From: Phycisphaerae bacterium
GTDB lineage: Bacteria; Planctomycetota; Phycisphaerae; UBA1845
DNA length: 64,000 nucleotides
Reading direction: 5' to 3'
NCBI GenBank assembly: GCA_963666835.2
Contig: CAXXGO010000006.1
Span: 640,001-704,000 of the forward strand
Both the position numbers and the translations under genes were made by a program. This document shows, piece by piece, positions 50,037-60,395 of this stretch. Position 1 is the stretch's first letter; each line of letters begins with the position of its first letter. The notes under the pieces were generated by a model. The model ran no database searches. It was not told the DNA's origin and worked only from the letters and a program-made list of their open reading frames with translations.

Positions 50037-51116
50037 ATGATCAAACGCGGACTAGCGCTGACTTTAGTGCTCGGGCTGGCGTCGATCGCACAGGCGGACG
50101 TGGATATCAAGTTGGCCCCGGATTGCTGTTTGCCGGACGAGACACTGGATTTCACGGTGAGTCTCAGCCAGGATTCCGGAGCCGATGTTTATCTTCGGAT
50201 GGTGGGTCTATTCACGTACGAGACCGCCGCGGAATTTACGGTCGGCCCCTTTGCGTGGGATGCGGCCTTCGGCACGAACCACTACCAGGACGTTGCTCAG
50301 CCGGGTCTGGCGGCGGCGTACTTGGGTCTGACCACTAATTCGGCCGAACAGGTGCTCCTCCCGGCTGACGGCAGCTACGTCGAGGTCGGCACGCTTCAGA
50401 TTACCTGCCCGCACGTCGAGTCGACTCGGCAGTTGAACGTTCTGCGGGCCAACGGCGCCGCCGACGACAGCAAGTCGGTCGTTTCCTACGGATTCGGCGT
50501 TGCTGCCGGCGATGACGTCACGTACGTACGCCCCGGCGCAGGCCTGACCGGCGGGGTCTTGATGGTGAACATCACCCCAGAATGTGGTGACGACAAGATC
50601 ATTTTCGAGTCCGCTTGGCCGGCCGATCAGACGAACCTGTGGCGGACGCAGAACAACTATGCCTTGCTGACGTTCGACAACGATATTCCGGCTGCTCCGG
50701 TTGCGGGCGAGATCGCGATTCGCGAGTTGCTCGCCGGTGGTGCCTACGGACCGGACCTGTCGGCCAACTTCACCTTCACGATCGATCCGAGCGATGCTAA
50801 GACCCTGATCGTCCAGGAAGTTGGTGCAAACCTGACGCACAATAAGTGGTTTGGGATTGAAAATGTCAGTTGGGATGATGCTGAGTGGTTTGAGGTTCAG
50901 TATCGTGTCCTGATGGGTGACGTGGACAACAACGGTCGCGTGCTGGCTCTGGACGCCGGTGCGATCTATCCGTCTGTTCCTTGTGTGAACATCACGATGC
51001 CGTGCTGGAATCCGCGGAAGGACATCGACGGGAACAACAAGATTCTGGCTCTGGACGCCGGTGCAGTTTATCCGCGTGTTCCGTCGATTGGTGTTGCCAA
51101 GCCGGCCGGCCACTGA
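50037..51116 (+). CDS. Secreted protein: cohesin-like N-domain, Ig-like domain and C-terminal dockerin
   Basis: RBS AGGAGG; signal peptide; duplicated Ca-binding repeats GDVDNNGRVLALDAGAIY and KDIDGNNKILALDAGAVY. Confidence 0.8.
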   Translation: MIKRGLALTLVLGLASIAQADVDIKLAPDCCLPDETLDFTVSLSQDSGADVYLRMVGLFTYETAAEFTVGPFAWDAAFGTNHYQDVAQPGLAAAYLGLTTNSAEQVLLPADGSYVEVGTLQITCPHVESTRQLNVLRANGAADDSKSVVSYGFGVAAGDDVTYVRPGAGLTGGVLMVNITPECGDDKIIFESAWPADQTNLWRTQNNYALLTFDNDIPAAPVAGEIAIRELLAGGAYGPDLSANFTFTIDPSDAKTLIVQEVGANLTHNKWFGIENVSWDDAEWFEVQYRVLMGDVDNNGRVLALDAGAIYPSVPCVNITMPCWNPRKDIDGNNKILALDAGAVYPRVPSIGVAKPAGH

Positions 51117-51237
51117 TACAATTGGGCCGTTCGGTGAAAGTATTCGGGTTTTTGAAGACAAGTTTCTGAGGAAGATGGTCAATTAAGTGCGGCCTGGCCG
51201 GGTGGTGCCAGGGGGGCATGAAGAAGGAGATTGAGAG

Positions 51238-51771
51238 ATGAGGAAAGTTGCGGTTAGCATGATGTTGGTGGCCTTCGCCGCTACCAGTGCTTTGGGTTCG
51301 GTTGCTACGTTTACTGACGCCACGGGTCTTCCGGGTGAAACCGTCCAGTTGGCGATCTCGGTGGGTACGAACGCCGATACCGGTTTCGACAGTGCGGACG
51401 TCGTCATCGGTGGCGACTTGGCTTTCACGTTCGACTATGATCCGGCTTGGACTGCGGCGTTCGCGAGCACGTTCGCTCCGGCTGCCATCGGGATCTACAC
51501 GAACGATGTGTACGTCGGTGGCGGAAACCCGACGGCCGTTGCGAGCCCGATTGCTCTTGGCATGATCACCACGACGATCCCGGCCGGTGCGATGGACGGC
51601 GATACGTACGATTTCTACATCAATCCGGACATGGACGGCTTCAGTGCTCTGGGCGCTGGCGGTGTCCCGGAAGCTCTGGCTGGTATGGGCACGGTTACGG
51701 TAGTTCCCGAGCCGGCCACGATTGCTCTGCTGGGGCTGGGGGCGGTTGGCCTCCTGCGTCGCAGGAAGTAA
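51238..51771 (+). CDS. PEP-CTERM protein with cohesin-like domain
   Basis: Signal peptide; PGETVQLAISV...GTVTV; VPEP-TM-RRRK sorting signal. Confidence 0.9.
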   Translation: MRKVAVSMMLVAFAATSALGSVATFTDATGLPGETVQLAISVGTNADTGFDSADVVIGGDLAFTFDYDPAWTAAFASTFAPAAIGIYTNDVYVGGGNPTAVASPIALGMITTTIPAGAMDGDTYDFYINPDMDGFSALGAGGVPEALAGMGTVTVVPEPATIALLGLGAVGLLRRRK

Positions 51772-51803
51772 TCTGACGCATAGCGTCTAAGAACGACGAT
51801 TTC

Positions 51804-51844
51804 AAACGGGCCGTCCGCCTTGTGCGGGCGGCTTGTTTCTTTTT
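51804..51844 (+). terminator. Intrinsic terminator
   Basis: AAACGGGCCGTCCGC-loop-GCGGGCGGCTTGTTT followed by a T run. Confidence 0.75.
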
Positions 51845-51877
51845 ACCCCGTCTCCAAGAGGACGGGCCACCCATCAT

Positions 51878-52032
51878 GTAGGGCAGGTCGAGGTACGAGA
51901 CCTGCCACAGAGGCGCGCGTCGCGCTAGGGCCTGTTCCAACCCGACAGATGCCGGTATGGGGCACCCGCCAGGGCGAAGGTGTGGAGCGCCCGTCTTTTT
52001 GCGGCAGGTCTCGTTCCTCGACCGTGCCCTAC
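51878..52032. repeat. Inverted family A REP pair (REPIN-like)
   Basis: 51878-51906 (+) and 52003-52032 (-). Confidence 0.82.
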
Positions 52033-52039
52033 GAAAACG

Positions 52040-52897
52040 CTACTGGCCCACGACAACGATGCCGGCCTTGTCGGCGGCGGCGAGCATTTCCTCGCGATCG
52101 ACCACGAACGTCTTGCCGGCCTCGATCACGAGCATCTTGGCGCCGTGCTTGTGGAGTTTGGCAATGGTCTCGGGTCCGACGGTGGGGACATCGAAACGCA
52201 TGTCCTGGTCGGGCTTGGCGACCTTGACGAGGGTCCAGCCGCCGTTTCGGCAAAGATCTCCGGCCCGTTCGATCATCCGGTCGGTGCCTTCGATGGCCTC
52301 TACGGCGATGACTTCGGTCTCTTTGACGGCGATAGACTGGCCGATGTCGAGCCGGCCCATCTCTTTGGCGATATTCCAGCCGAATTCCGCGTCGCGGGAC
52401 TGGTCGGCTGAGGGTCGGCGGCGGGTCAGCACGCCCGCGGGGGCGAGGTGTTCCTTCGAGTAGTGAATGCAATCCTGCATGATGATCCCATGGTCGGCGA
52501 ACTCGTCCGCGACGGCGGAGAGCACCGAGTCGTTACGCTTGTCTTTGAGCTTCAGAAACCAGAGTTTGAAGCCGGTCCAGTCGGGTATGTGTCGCAGAAG
52601 CCGGAACCGTCCGTACATGGCGGTCTTTTTCACCGACCCGGCCAGGATCACGTTATCGGTGCGTTGGCGCGTGAGTATGCCAATCCACTTACCCAGCCGG
52701 GCGAGGCCGGCCCAGCGGAAGACGTCCGCCCGGCGGGCGAGATCCGGATCGGCCAGGCCGCTCAGCCCGATGACCGTAACATGACACCCGGCGCGCTGCG
52801 CGCCGCTAAGCACCATAAAGGGAAACCGGCCGGCGCCGGCAATGATCCCGAGCCGCGGTGCCGGAGAACTGTCATCAACTGGAGCATTCTGGTTCAT
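52040..52897 (-). CDS. lpxI: UDP-2,3-diacylglucosamine diphosphatase
   Basis: GIIAGAGRFP, LDIGQS, AVEAIEGTD, KPDQDMRFDVPTVG. Confidence 0.93.
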   Translation of the reverse strand: MNQNAPVDDSSPAPRLGIIAGAGRFPFMVLSGAQRAGCHVTVIGLSGLADPDLARRADVFRWAGLARLGKWIGILTRQRTDNVILAGSVKKTAMYGRFRLLRHIPDWTGFKLWFLKLKDKRNDSVLSAVADEFADHGIIMQDCIHYSKEHLAPAGVLTRRRPSADQSRDAEFGWNIAKEMGRLDIGQSIAVKETEVIAVEAIEGTDRMIERAGDLCRNGGWTLVKVAKPDQDMRFDVPTVGPETIAKLHKHGAKMLVIEAGKTFVVDREEMLAAADKAGIVVVGQ

Positions 52898-52954
52898 ACT
52901 GGATCGACCGAAGTCATCCTCGGCTGTCGAGTCGGCATTCCGCTCGGCAGTGTA

Positions 52955-53248
52955 CCTGCACTGCTCAAGAGCAGTGGCACATCCAACAGGGGCCAACAAG
53001 TTGGCCCATGCCACCCTGCTTGCACTGCTCAAGGGCAGTGGCACACGGCGAGAATGGGTGTCGGGTGGCCCACCTCGTTAGCGCAGCGCTGAGGTGGGGG
53101 AGCCGGTGATCCGAGCTTCTCGCTGCTAGTGTCCACATGATGCCACTACACGGGCCAACAAGTTGGCCCAGTTGGCCCATGCCACCCTTTCTGCACTGCT
53201 CAAGAGCAGTGGCACACCCGCCACGGGCCAACAAGTCGGCCCATGTCA
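52955..53248. repeat. Alternating family B and family C REP array
   Basis: 3x GCACTGCTCAAGRGCAGTGGCAC interleaved with 3x GGGCCAACAAGTTGGCCCATG-like units. Confidence 0.85.
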
Positions 53249-53254
53249 TACGAG

Positions 53255-54325
53255 TCAGCCTGTGTCACCAGTCTGGCTCTCGAGCTTGGAGCGCAGCTCG
53301 CGCACGTTCCGCTCCAGGTCTTTTACGCGCTGCATCCACTTGCTTGCGCTGTGTTGGGCGACCGCCAGACGCCGCCACTCGCCGGCCGGGAGGGCCGGGT
53401 AGCCCAGTACGGTCGCACCCGGCTCAACATCCTGAACGATAGCCGTTCCGCCGCCGGCGGTTACGTTATCTCCCACCTTCAGATGACCGCCCACGCCGAC
53501 CTGACCCGCCAGGGTCACGTGCCGTCCGACGGTGGCTGAGCCGGCAATACCGACGAGCCCGACCAGCATACAATCGGGTCCGATCTTGGCGCCGTGCCCG
53601 ATTACCACAGCGTTCCCGAACTTCGTACCGTCGCCGATCTCAGTTTGTCCCAGAGTCGCCCGGTCGATTGCGCAGTTGGCCCCGATCTCAACGTCGTTTC
53701 CAATGAACGCCCGCCCGACCTGGGGGATCTTGATCCACTTCTCGCCGTGCGGGGCGTAGCCCAACCCGTCCTGCCCGATGACCGAGCCGGCGTGGACCGT
53801 TACGCGGTCGCCCAGCACGCAATGATCGTACACCACGACGTTGGGAAACAAGACGCAATCGTCGCCGATCCGGGCACCGGGAGCGATGTAGCAGCCGGGG
53901 TAGATCGTGCAGTCGGACCCTATAGTGACCCCGGCCGCGATGGTGGCTCCGGCGGCGATATTGGGGTTGTCTCCGATCGTCGCTTCCGGATCGATAACCG
54001 CCCTGGGGCTGAGCCCCCATTGGGGATGCCGCCGGTAGCCGTGCAATGCGATAATCGCCACCGTAACCGCGGCATAGGGATCCGCACAGCGAATGGCCGA
54101 GACCCCGGACGGCAGGTCTATTCCATCGCGCAAGATCACCGCGGATGCCTTGGTCCGCGCGACGGCCTCAGCATACTTGGGGTTCGAGAGAAAGCTCACC
54201 TCGCCCGCACCGGCGCCCTCAAGTGCGTTGACCGCCTTAACGGTCAGATCCTCACCCTCGACGCGGGCGGCGAACCCGTAATCGCCGCAGGTCTTGCACA
54301 GTTGGCTGAGTTTCAATCCGGTCAC
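53255..54325 (-). CDS. lpxD: UDP-3-O-acylglucosamine N-acyltransferase
   Basis: SFLSNPKY, hexapeptide repeats, IGQDGLGY, KIPQVG, VEIGANCAIDR. Confidence 0.95.
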   Translation of the reverse strand: MTGLKLSQLCKTCGDYGFAARVEGEDLTVKAVNALEGAGAGEVSFLSNPKYAEAVARTKASAVILRDGIDLPSGVSAIRCADPYAAVTVAIIALHGYRRHPQWGLSPRAVIDPEATIGDNPNIAAGATIAAGVTIGSDCTIYPGCYIAPGARIGDDCVLFPNVVVYDHCVLGDRVTVHAGSVIGQDGLGYAPHGEKWIKIPQVGRAFIGNDVEIGANCAIDRATLGQTEIGDGTKFGNAVVIGHGAKIGPDCMLVGLVGIAGSATVGRHVTLAGQVGVGGHLKVGDNVTAGGGTAIVQDVEPGATVLGYPALPAGEWRRLAVAQHSASKWMQRVKDLERNVRELRSKLESQTGDTG

Positions 54326-54452
54326 GCGGCAGATCCAATTGCTGCACTGTAAAACGCTTTCAGGCTACGGCGAGCATTGTACGGACGCGGTTTCGAGACT
54401 GTCAAACGAGGGAACCCGCTTGCGGATGCCGTTGCCCTGCCGCGGTGGCTTG

Positions 54453-55166
54453 TCAGCCAGCCACCGCGCCCACGGCCAGCAGGCCTACATTATAGGCCGC
54501 GTGGCAGCCCGCAGCAGAGCCGTAGCCCCGAAACCAGAAGATAAGAGCCAGGTAGGCCCCGGCGATGGCTCGAAAAGCGAAGCTGGTCCAATCGAACAAG
54601 TCCACCCCGATCGGCTGGTAGTGATGCGCCGCAAACAGCAATGCGGAGATCGCAATCGCCGCCAAGGCGACGCTGGCACGCTTGAACCGGAACAGATCCA
54701 CGCCGACCATTACAATCAGCGAGATCAGAATCAGCCTGAAGACCAGTTCTTCGTAAATGCCGGCGCCGATCCCGAACGCTAACTCGCCGACCAGACCCGG
54801 CGCGTTTCCGCCGGATGCCTGGAGCGGGATTGCCCAATTCAGAGCCAACAGCGGGACGGCCGCGACGACCGCTTCGACGTACATGAGCCCGACTCGGGTC
54901 CAGCGAATTCGCCAGTTCTCTCCCGAGGCGACTTGCGTGGCCAACAGGATCACAACGATCCCCACGCCCGGCGCCCACATTCCGACGTGGCCAAACAGCT
55001 CGAAGAACCGCCGCAGCAGATCGAACGCGATCACCCGATCCGGATGAGCCACCGAGGCCAGTTCGTAGAAGACGATTAGGGGGAGCAGGAACGCCAGTGC
55101 ATCCAGCGGTCGCGCAAGCAGCCTACGTTGCTCAGCGCGGGTCGATGATGGTTGTTGCTGGGCCAT
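54453..55166 (-). CDS. CPBP (CAAX protease-like) intramembrane metalloprotease
   Basis: GIYEELVFR, FAAHH, HAAYN motifs with multiple TMs. Confidence 0.88.
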   Translation of the reverse strand: MAQQQPSSTRAEQRRLLARPLDALAFLLPLIVFYELASVAHPDRVIAFDLLRRFFELFGHVGMWAPGVGIVVILLATQVASGENWRIRWTRVGLMYVEAVVAAVPLLALNWAIPLQASGGNAPGLVGELAFGIGAGIYEELVFRLILISLIVMVGVDLFRFKRASVALAAIAISALLFAAHHYQPIGVDLFDWTSFAFRAIAGAYLALIFWFRGYGSAAGCHAAYNVGLLAVGAVAG

Positions 55167-55446
55167 TAACGGCGTATCGTGGCGACTCGCGACCGAGATG
55201 CAAGAGTGTGCGTCCCCCGAGGTTGCCTCTCGTGCTGCTTCGAGAGAGGTCGTCCAAGACCTTCCCCCCTTGGCAAGGGGGGGATCGAGGGGGCGCATGC
55301 CGACGGAGAAGGCCCTCCCCCGGCCCCTCCTCGGTAAGGAGGGGACGAAGAAACGCGGCTACGTTCTTGGAGACGGCACGGTCAGGCTGGAGGTTTGTGT
55401 TGCGGGAGGCGCGCTGGAAGCCTGCGTTACGGGGCTGGCCTGTGAA

Positions 55447-56112
55447 ATGACTCTGACAGCCGCCAAAACGCTGCGCGGAATATACGAACGGCTCTGGGCT
55501 GCGTACGGGCCGCAGCACTGGTGGCCGGCGAAGACCGCAACGGAGGTCGTCGTCGGTGCGATCCTGACGCAGAACACGGCCTGGAAGAACGTCGCGCGGG
55601 CGATCGTCAATCTCAGGAGTGCCCGTTGCCTGACCTGGACTGCTTTGCGTGACGTGGCCGACGACCGACTGGCCGAGCTGATCCAGCCGTCGGGTACGTA
55701 CAAGGTGAAGACCAGGCGGCTTAAGGCGTTCGTTGATGTTCTATGGAACAAGCACGGCGGCTCCCTTGGGACGATGCTGCGCGGGGATCTGCAGGATGTC
55801 CGGAAGCGACTCCTGGGTATTCATGGGATCGGCCCGGAGACAGCCGACGCAATTCTGCTTTACGCGGGGACCCGTCCGACTTTCGTCGTCGACGCGTACA
55901 CCAAGCGGATCTTGCGTCGCCACCATGTCATCGACCGTAAGGCAGGCTATGAAACGGTTCGGAACTTGTTTCAGGAAGCGATCCCGCCCGATGTCACCGT
56001 GTACAATGAGTTCCACGCCTTGCTGGTGGCGCTGGCGAAGAGACACTGCCGAGTCCGCGCCGTTTGCGAAGGCTGTCCCCTCGCCGACCTGCGTCATGCG
56101 GCACAGCTTTGA
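55447..56112 (+). CDS. Endonuclease III-related HhH-GPD protein
   Basis: GPQHWWP, AILTQNTAW, GIGPETAD, FVVDAY, C-terminal Cys cluster. Confidence 0.9.
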   Translation: MTLTAAKTLRGIYERLWAAYGPQHWWPAKTATEVVVGAILTQNTAWKNVARAIVNLRSARCLTWTALRDVADDRLAELIQPSGTYKVKTRRLKAFVDVLWNKHGGSLGTMLRGDLQDVRKRLLGIHGIGPETADAILLYAGTRPTFVVDAYTKRILRRHHVIDRKAGYETVRNLFQEAIPPDVTVYNEFHALLVALAKRHCRVRAVCEGCPLADLRHAAQL

Positions 56113-56218
56113 GAGGGTGCCCCATCCATTCCGGCGTTTGTTGGCGGGGTGCCCCATCCATTCCGGCGCGGGCGAACTTGGGACAACCGCGCCATTTCCC
56201 CGCCGGAATGGGTGGGGG

Positions 56219-58145
56219 GAAAGCGCCGGTAAGCCGGTGAGGAGTAGTGGATGAGAGAGCCATACGGTGAAGGAATAGCGAACCACACCGACCCCGAGTC
56301 ATACTGTGGTGTCCGCAAGGGCATGGCGGGAGCGTTGACAGGGGCACGTGCGGGCCGGCCATTGAGCCGTGAAAGCCTTTTACTCCGGAGTGCCGACGCC
56401 GTCCCCCAAGGCGGAAGGCAACACCGGAGGGCGTCGTTAACGCGAGACGCCTTTCGGACTCCGCGCGGTCTTAGAACCCGAGCACGCACGGAAACTCCTC
56501 ACGCGGAACCCGGGAGATCCCGCGTTCGGCCTCGAACATGGCATCGAGGTCCGCAGTGTGAATCCATAGGAGCACGACACTGATGCACGGGCGCGGGAAG
56601 TCGGACAGGCCCATAGTACCGAAGAAGACTGCGAACAACGGTGATCCCCCGGCGGGGAGGTCGTCCGCGGAGCAGTTGGAGGAAAGGGGCCTGGCCAAGG
56701 GCAACTCGATTCGACACGACAGGCACCGTACGCAGAGCCGGGATCGTCTGCAAAGCGGGTTGGATCGGGTACGACAGGCAGCGGTAAAGGATAAGGATTT
56801 ACAGTTCACCACGCTTTGGCACCATGTCTATGATGTCGCTCGCCTCCGGGAGGCGTACTTGAGCCTCAAGCATGCTTCGGCACCGGGGATGGACGGCATG
56901 ACATGGGAGGCGTACGGCAGGGACCTAGAAGAACACCTCTTGGATCTGTCGGCACGTCTACAGCGCGGAGCGTACCGAGCGAGGCCGGTCAAGCGGGTCT
57001 ACATTCCGAAACCCGATGGACGGCAGAGACCAATAGGGATTCCCGTGTTGGAAGACAAGATCGTCCAACGGGCGATGACCGATGTGCTCTCGGCTGTCTA
57101 CGAGGCAGACTTCCTCGGGTTCTCCTACGGATTTCGACCAGGACGGGACGCCCATCAGGCGTTAAGTGCCCTGACTGTCGGCATCGAGAGGAAGAAGGTG
57201 AATTGGGTGCTGGATGCAGACATTCGTGGATTCTTCGATGCCATAGACCACGATTGGCTGATCAAGTTCGTCGAGCACCGGATCGCAGACCAGCGTGTCG
57301 TGCGTCACGTGAAGAAGTGGCTGAACGCCGGCGTGCTGGAGGACGGGTGTCGAAGGGACACGGAGACGGGGACGCCGCAGGGGGGCAGTATCAGCCCGCT
57401 ATTGGCGAACATCTATCTCCATTACGCCTTCGACTTGTGGGCCCGCCAATGGCGACGGACGCAAGCTCACGGAGATGTGATTATCGTGAGATATGCGGAC
57501 GACTTCGTGGTGGGATTTCAACAGCGAGAGGATGCCGAGCGGTTTCGGGATGAGCTGACGGATCGCCTCCGGAAGTTCAAGCTGGAGCTACATGCGGACA
57601 AGACTCGTCTGATTGAGTTCGGCCGTTTTGCGTCGACCAATCGCAAGCGAGAAGGCCGCGGCAAACCGGCGACCTTCGAGTTTCTGGGTTTTCGCCACAT
57701 CTGTGGCAAGACCCGGCGTGGGAGGTTCACGGTACTACGGCAGACTGTCGCGAAACGACGGCGTGCGAAGCTCAAAGCGATTAAGCAAGAGCTTCGGCGA
57801 CGTATGCATGCCCCCGTCCGAGAGGTGGGCGCGTATTTGCGGGCGGTGGTTCGCGGGTACTATCAGTATTATGCGGTACCGCGGAACTACCCGGCCTTAA
57901 CGGCATTTCGGGATGAGGTTGTCCGTCTTTGGCGCTGGACGCTCCGGCGTCGCAGCGAGAAGACTCGGATTACCTGGGCCCGCATGAACCGTTTGGCCAA
58001 GCAGTGGATACCTGCTCCCAAAATCCTACATCCTTACCCCGACCGACACCTGGCCGTTATGACCCAAGGCAGGAGCCCAGTGCGGTAGTCCCGCACGCTG
58101 GGATCTGTGGAGGGGGTCCCGGGTAACCGGGATTCCTACTCCGAC
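56219..58145 (+). mobile_element. Group II intron, copy 3
   Basis: Same boundaries and length as copies 1 and 2. Confidence 0.92.
56583..58088 (+). CDS. ltrA: Group II intron RT/maturase
   Basis: 501 aa, identical to copy 1. Confidence 0.95.
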   Translation: MHGRGKSDRPIVPKKTANNGDPPAGRSSAEQLEERGLAKGNSIRHDRHRTQSRDRLQSGLDRVRQAAVKDKDLQFTTLWHHVYDVARLREAYLSLKHASAPGMDGMTWEAYGRDLEEHLLDLSARLQRGAYRARPVKRVYIPKPDGRQRPIGIPVLEDKIVQRAMTDVLSAVYEADFLGFSYGFRPGRDAHQALSALTVGIERKKVNWVLDADIRGFFDAIDHDWLIKFVEHRIADQRVVRHVKKWLNAGVLEDGCRRDTETGTPQGGSISPLLANIYLHYAFDLWARQWRRTQAHGDVIIVRYADDFVVGFQQREDAERFRDELTDRLRKFKLELHADKTRLIEFGRFASTNRKREGRGKPATFEFLGFRHICGKTRRGRFTVLRQTVAKRRRAKLKAIKQELRRRMHAPVREVGAYLRAVVRGYYQYYAVPRNYPALTAFRDEVVRLWRWTLRRRSEKTRITWARMNRLAKQWIPAPKILHPYPDRHLAVMTQGRSPVR

Positions 58146-58531
58146 ACGGACAGAGATCCGAAAGCCACTCGCATTCCGCAATCGATTCCCTACCTATTGT
58201 TCAACCCGCTTCGGGGTTGGTGCGGGAGGGGTTCGGTGACCCAAGGTGGCACTAAAGCGGCTACGCCGCTTCGTTTACCCTGGGCTATGTTGTTAAACGC
58301 CTTCGGCGTAAGTTCTTAACAGGCGCGGCGTGCAAAGATACATCATGGATCAGCTCCACGGGTCAACGGGTTGACACACGTCACCTGCACTCAATCGGCC
58401 TTTGTGGCAGGTCTCGTTCCTCGACCGTGCCCTACGATGCGGTACGGTTCAGTGCCTCGACGCCCGGCGGTCCGCACAGCGGACCCTATCCCGCTCAATC
58501 ATGCAGACAGGATGTCTACGCTACGAGACTG

Positions 58532-59632
58532 CTAGTGGCCGCGGCTGCGCCCAACCAGGCCGGAGGAAGCGGTCGAGATACCCTTGACGGCCGAGCTGAG
58601 TCCCTCGCGATTCGGGGCGTACTCCATCGCCGTATCGTAGTGGACCTTTTCTTGTTCGATCAGCTCGCACAATGAGAACGTGAACGAGCGCATGCCGTCC
58701 TCTTTGGAAGATGCGATGATCGAGGCAAGATCATCGTCTTCTTCACGGCAGATCTTGTCCTTGACGACCGTGTTGTTGAGCAGGACCTCGGTAGCGGGGA
58801 ACTGGGTCCCCTTATCGATGCCCGGCAAGAGCTTCTGACAGAGAATCGCCTTCAGGCTGGTTGATAGCGAGGAGCGAATGAACGCGTGTTGTTGCCGCGG
58901 GAAGAATTCCATAATACGGTTGAAGGTCTGGGGGGCGTCGCTGCAGTGCAAAGAGCCCAGCACGAGATGACCGGTCTCCGCCGCCTGCAACGCGGCCAGC
59001 ATCGTCTCCCGGTCACGTAACTCGCCGATCATTATGCAGTCCGGGTCCTGCCGGACCACGAAGCGGAGGGCCTTCTCGAAATCGGGCACGTCGATACCGA
59101 TCTCCCGTTGTGAGATGATGGATTTCTTCGGAGTGAACATGAACTCGACCGGGTCTTCGATGGTGATTATGTGCATATTGCGAGTTTGATTGATGTGTTC
59201 GAGCATCGCCGCCATCGTGCTGCTCTTGCCGCATCCGGTAATCCCGCTGATCAGGATCAGACCCTCGACCTGCTTGCTGGCCACGGTTGTATAGATCTCA
59301 GGCAGATGCAGATCACTAAACGTGGGAACCTCGTTTTGCACCCTCCGGATCGCGACGTGCAGTTCACTTCCTGAACGGAACGCATTGATCCGATAGCGGT
59401 CTCCGGTCGCCCCGCGGGCCGAGAAATCCAGATCTTTATGCGCATCGAAATCCTCGATGCGGCTTTCCGGGACCATGCCGCGCACCATGGCCTCGATGAA
59501 CTCGCTGTCATTCAAAGGCGCCATGTCCACTTTGCGGAGGTTGCCCGCAATGCGATAGTACGGGGCGTACCGGGTCTTCAAATGGAGGTCCGAGGCGTCA
59601 AGCTGTCCCATGCTGGCCAACAGCTTGTCCAT
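58532..59632 (-). CDS. PilT/PilU-family ATPase
   Basis: ASDLHL, GITGCGKSST, TIEDPVE, RQDPD..IGELRD, AETGHLV..SLH. Confidence 0.9.
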   Translation of the reverse strand: MDKLLASMGQLDASDLHLKTRYAPYYRIAGNLRKVDMAPLNDSEFIEAMVRGMVPESRIEDFDAHKDLDFSARGATGDRYRINAFRSGSELHVAIRRVQNEVPTFSDLHLPEIYTTVASKQVEGLILISGITGCGKSSTMAAMLEHINQTRNMHIITIEDPVEFMFTPKKSIISQREIGIDVPDFEKALRFVVRQDPDCIMIGELRDRETMLAALQAAETGHLVLGSLHCSDAPQTFNRIMEFFPRQQHAFIRSSLSTSLKAILCQKLLPGIDKGTQFPATEVLLNNTVVKDKICREEDDDLASIIASSKEDGMRSFTFSLCELIEQEKVHYDTAMEYAPNREGLSSAVKGISTASSGLVGRSRGH

Positions 59633-59934
59633 CGTCTCCTGGGGCGTCAGTGATTGTGCAGTCACTTTCTTACTCCCAAACAGTAAAGGCCGTCGGCCTG
59701 AGAACCGATTCCTGCCGGTATGCCGGGGTTCCACACCTGCCGGGTCCCCATGCCGGCTCTGGCGCAAGACAATCGTTACCGGCTTGGCTTGGCTTGCCGA
59801 ACCTGGGCCGGCCCGTCCATTCTACTTCCCCCGATTTGTCCAATCAAACAGAGGCCAATTGACGTCTGCGGGGGTGGATCGATAAAGTCTGCAAGAAGAA
59901 GGGGCTTGCCAGCGATCAGAGGATGGAGTAGCGG

Positions 59935-60243
59935 ATGCCCACACGTAAGCAGATCGAGCAACTGCTGGCCGCGGAGCCGGATGATCTCTTCCTCAACTTT
60001 GGCTTGGCGGTGGAGCTGGCCAAAGAGGGGTTGGTCGATGACGCCTTGATGCGATTCAACCGCGTTCTTGAGCTTGACCCAAGCTACACGGCCGCCCATC
60101 GGCAGATGGGTACGCTGTTGATCCTCGCCGGACGCCGCGACGATGCCCGAGTTGTGCTGACACGAGGAATCGCGGCGGCCCAACAGGCCGACGATGGGCA
60201 CGGCGCCCGCGAAATGCGGCGCCTTCTCGACAGTATCCCGTGA
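59935..60243 (+). CDS. Small TPR protein
   Basis: EPDDLFLNFGLAVEL, LELDPSYTAAH TPR pattern; RBS GGAG. Confidence 0.8.
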   Translation: MPTRKQIEQLLAAEPDDLFLNFGLAVELAKEGLVDDALMRFNRVLELDPSYTAAHRQMGTLLILAGRRDDARVVLTRGIAAAQQADDGHGAREMRRLLDSIP

Positions 60244-60395
60244 TCGGGTCCCGGGGAGGTTACTTTCCGGGGTTGATTCCACGACGGGGTGTCCAGCAAG
60301 CCCTGGTCGGGGGCGTCGCCGGGCGGTGTGGGGAATCGCCCGGAGTTGCGTAGCGTGCTGCGCCGCCGAACCCTGCAGAACACGGAGGAAAAGGC

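Noticed and set aside
52898..55446. Long N-terminal extensions of the lpxI, CPBP and endonuclease III ORFs (likewise 36615-36839)
   Set aside because: They are translated REP or intergenic sequence; downstream starts fit the families better
56041..56112. Fourth Fe-S cysteine of the endonuclease III-like protein appears as Arg (CGT)
   Set aside because: A single substitution in a variable motif; significance cannot be judged without an alignment
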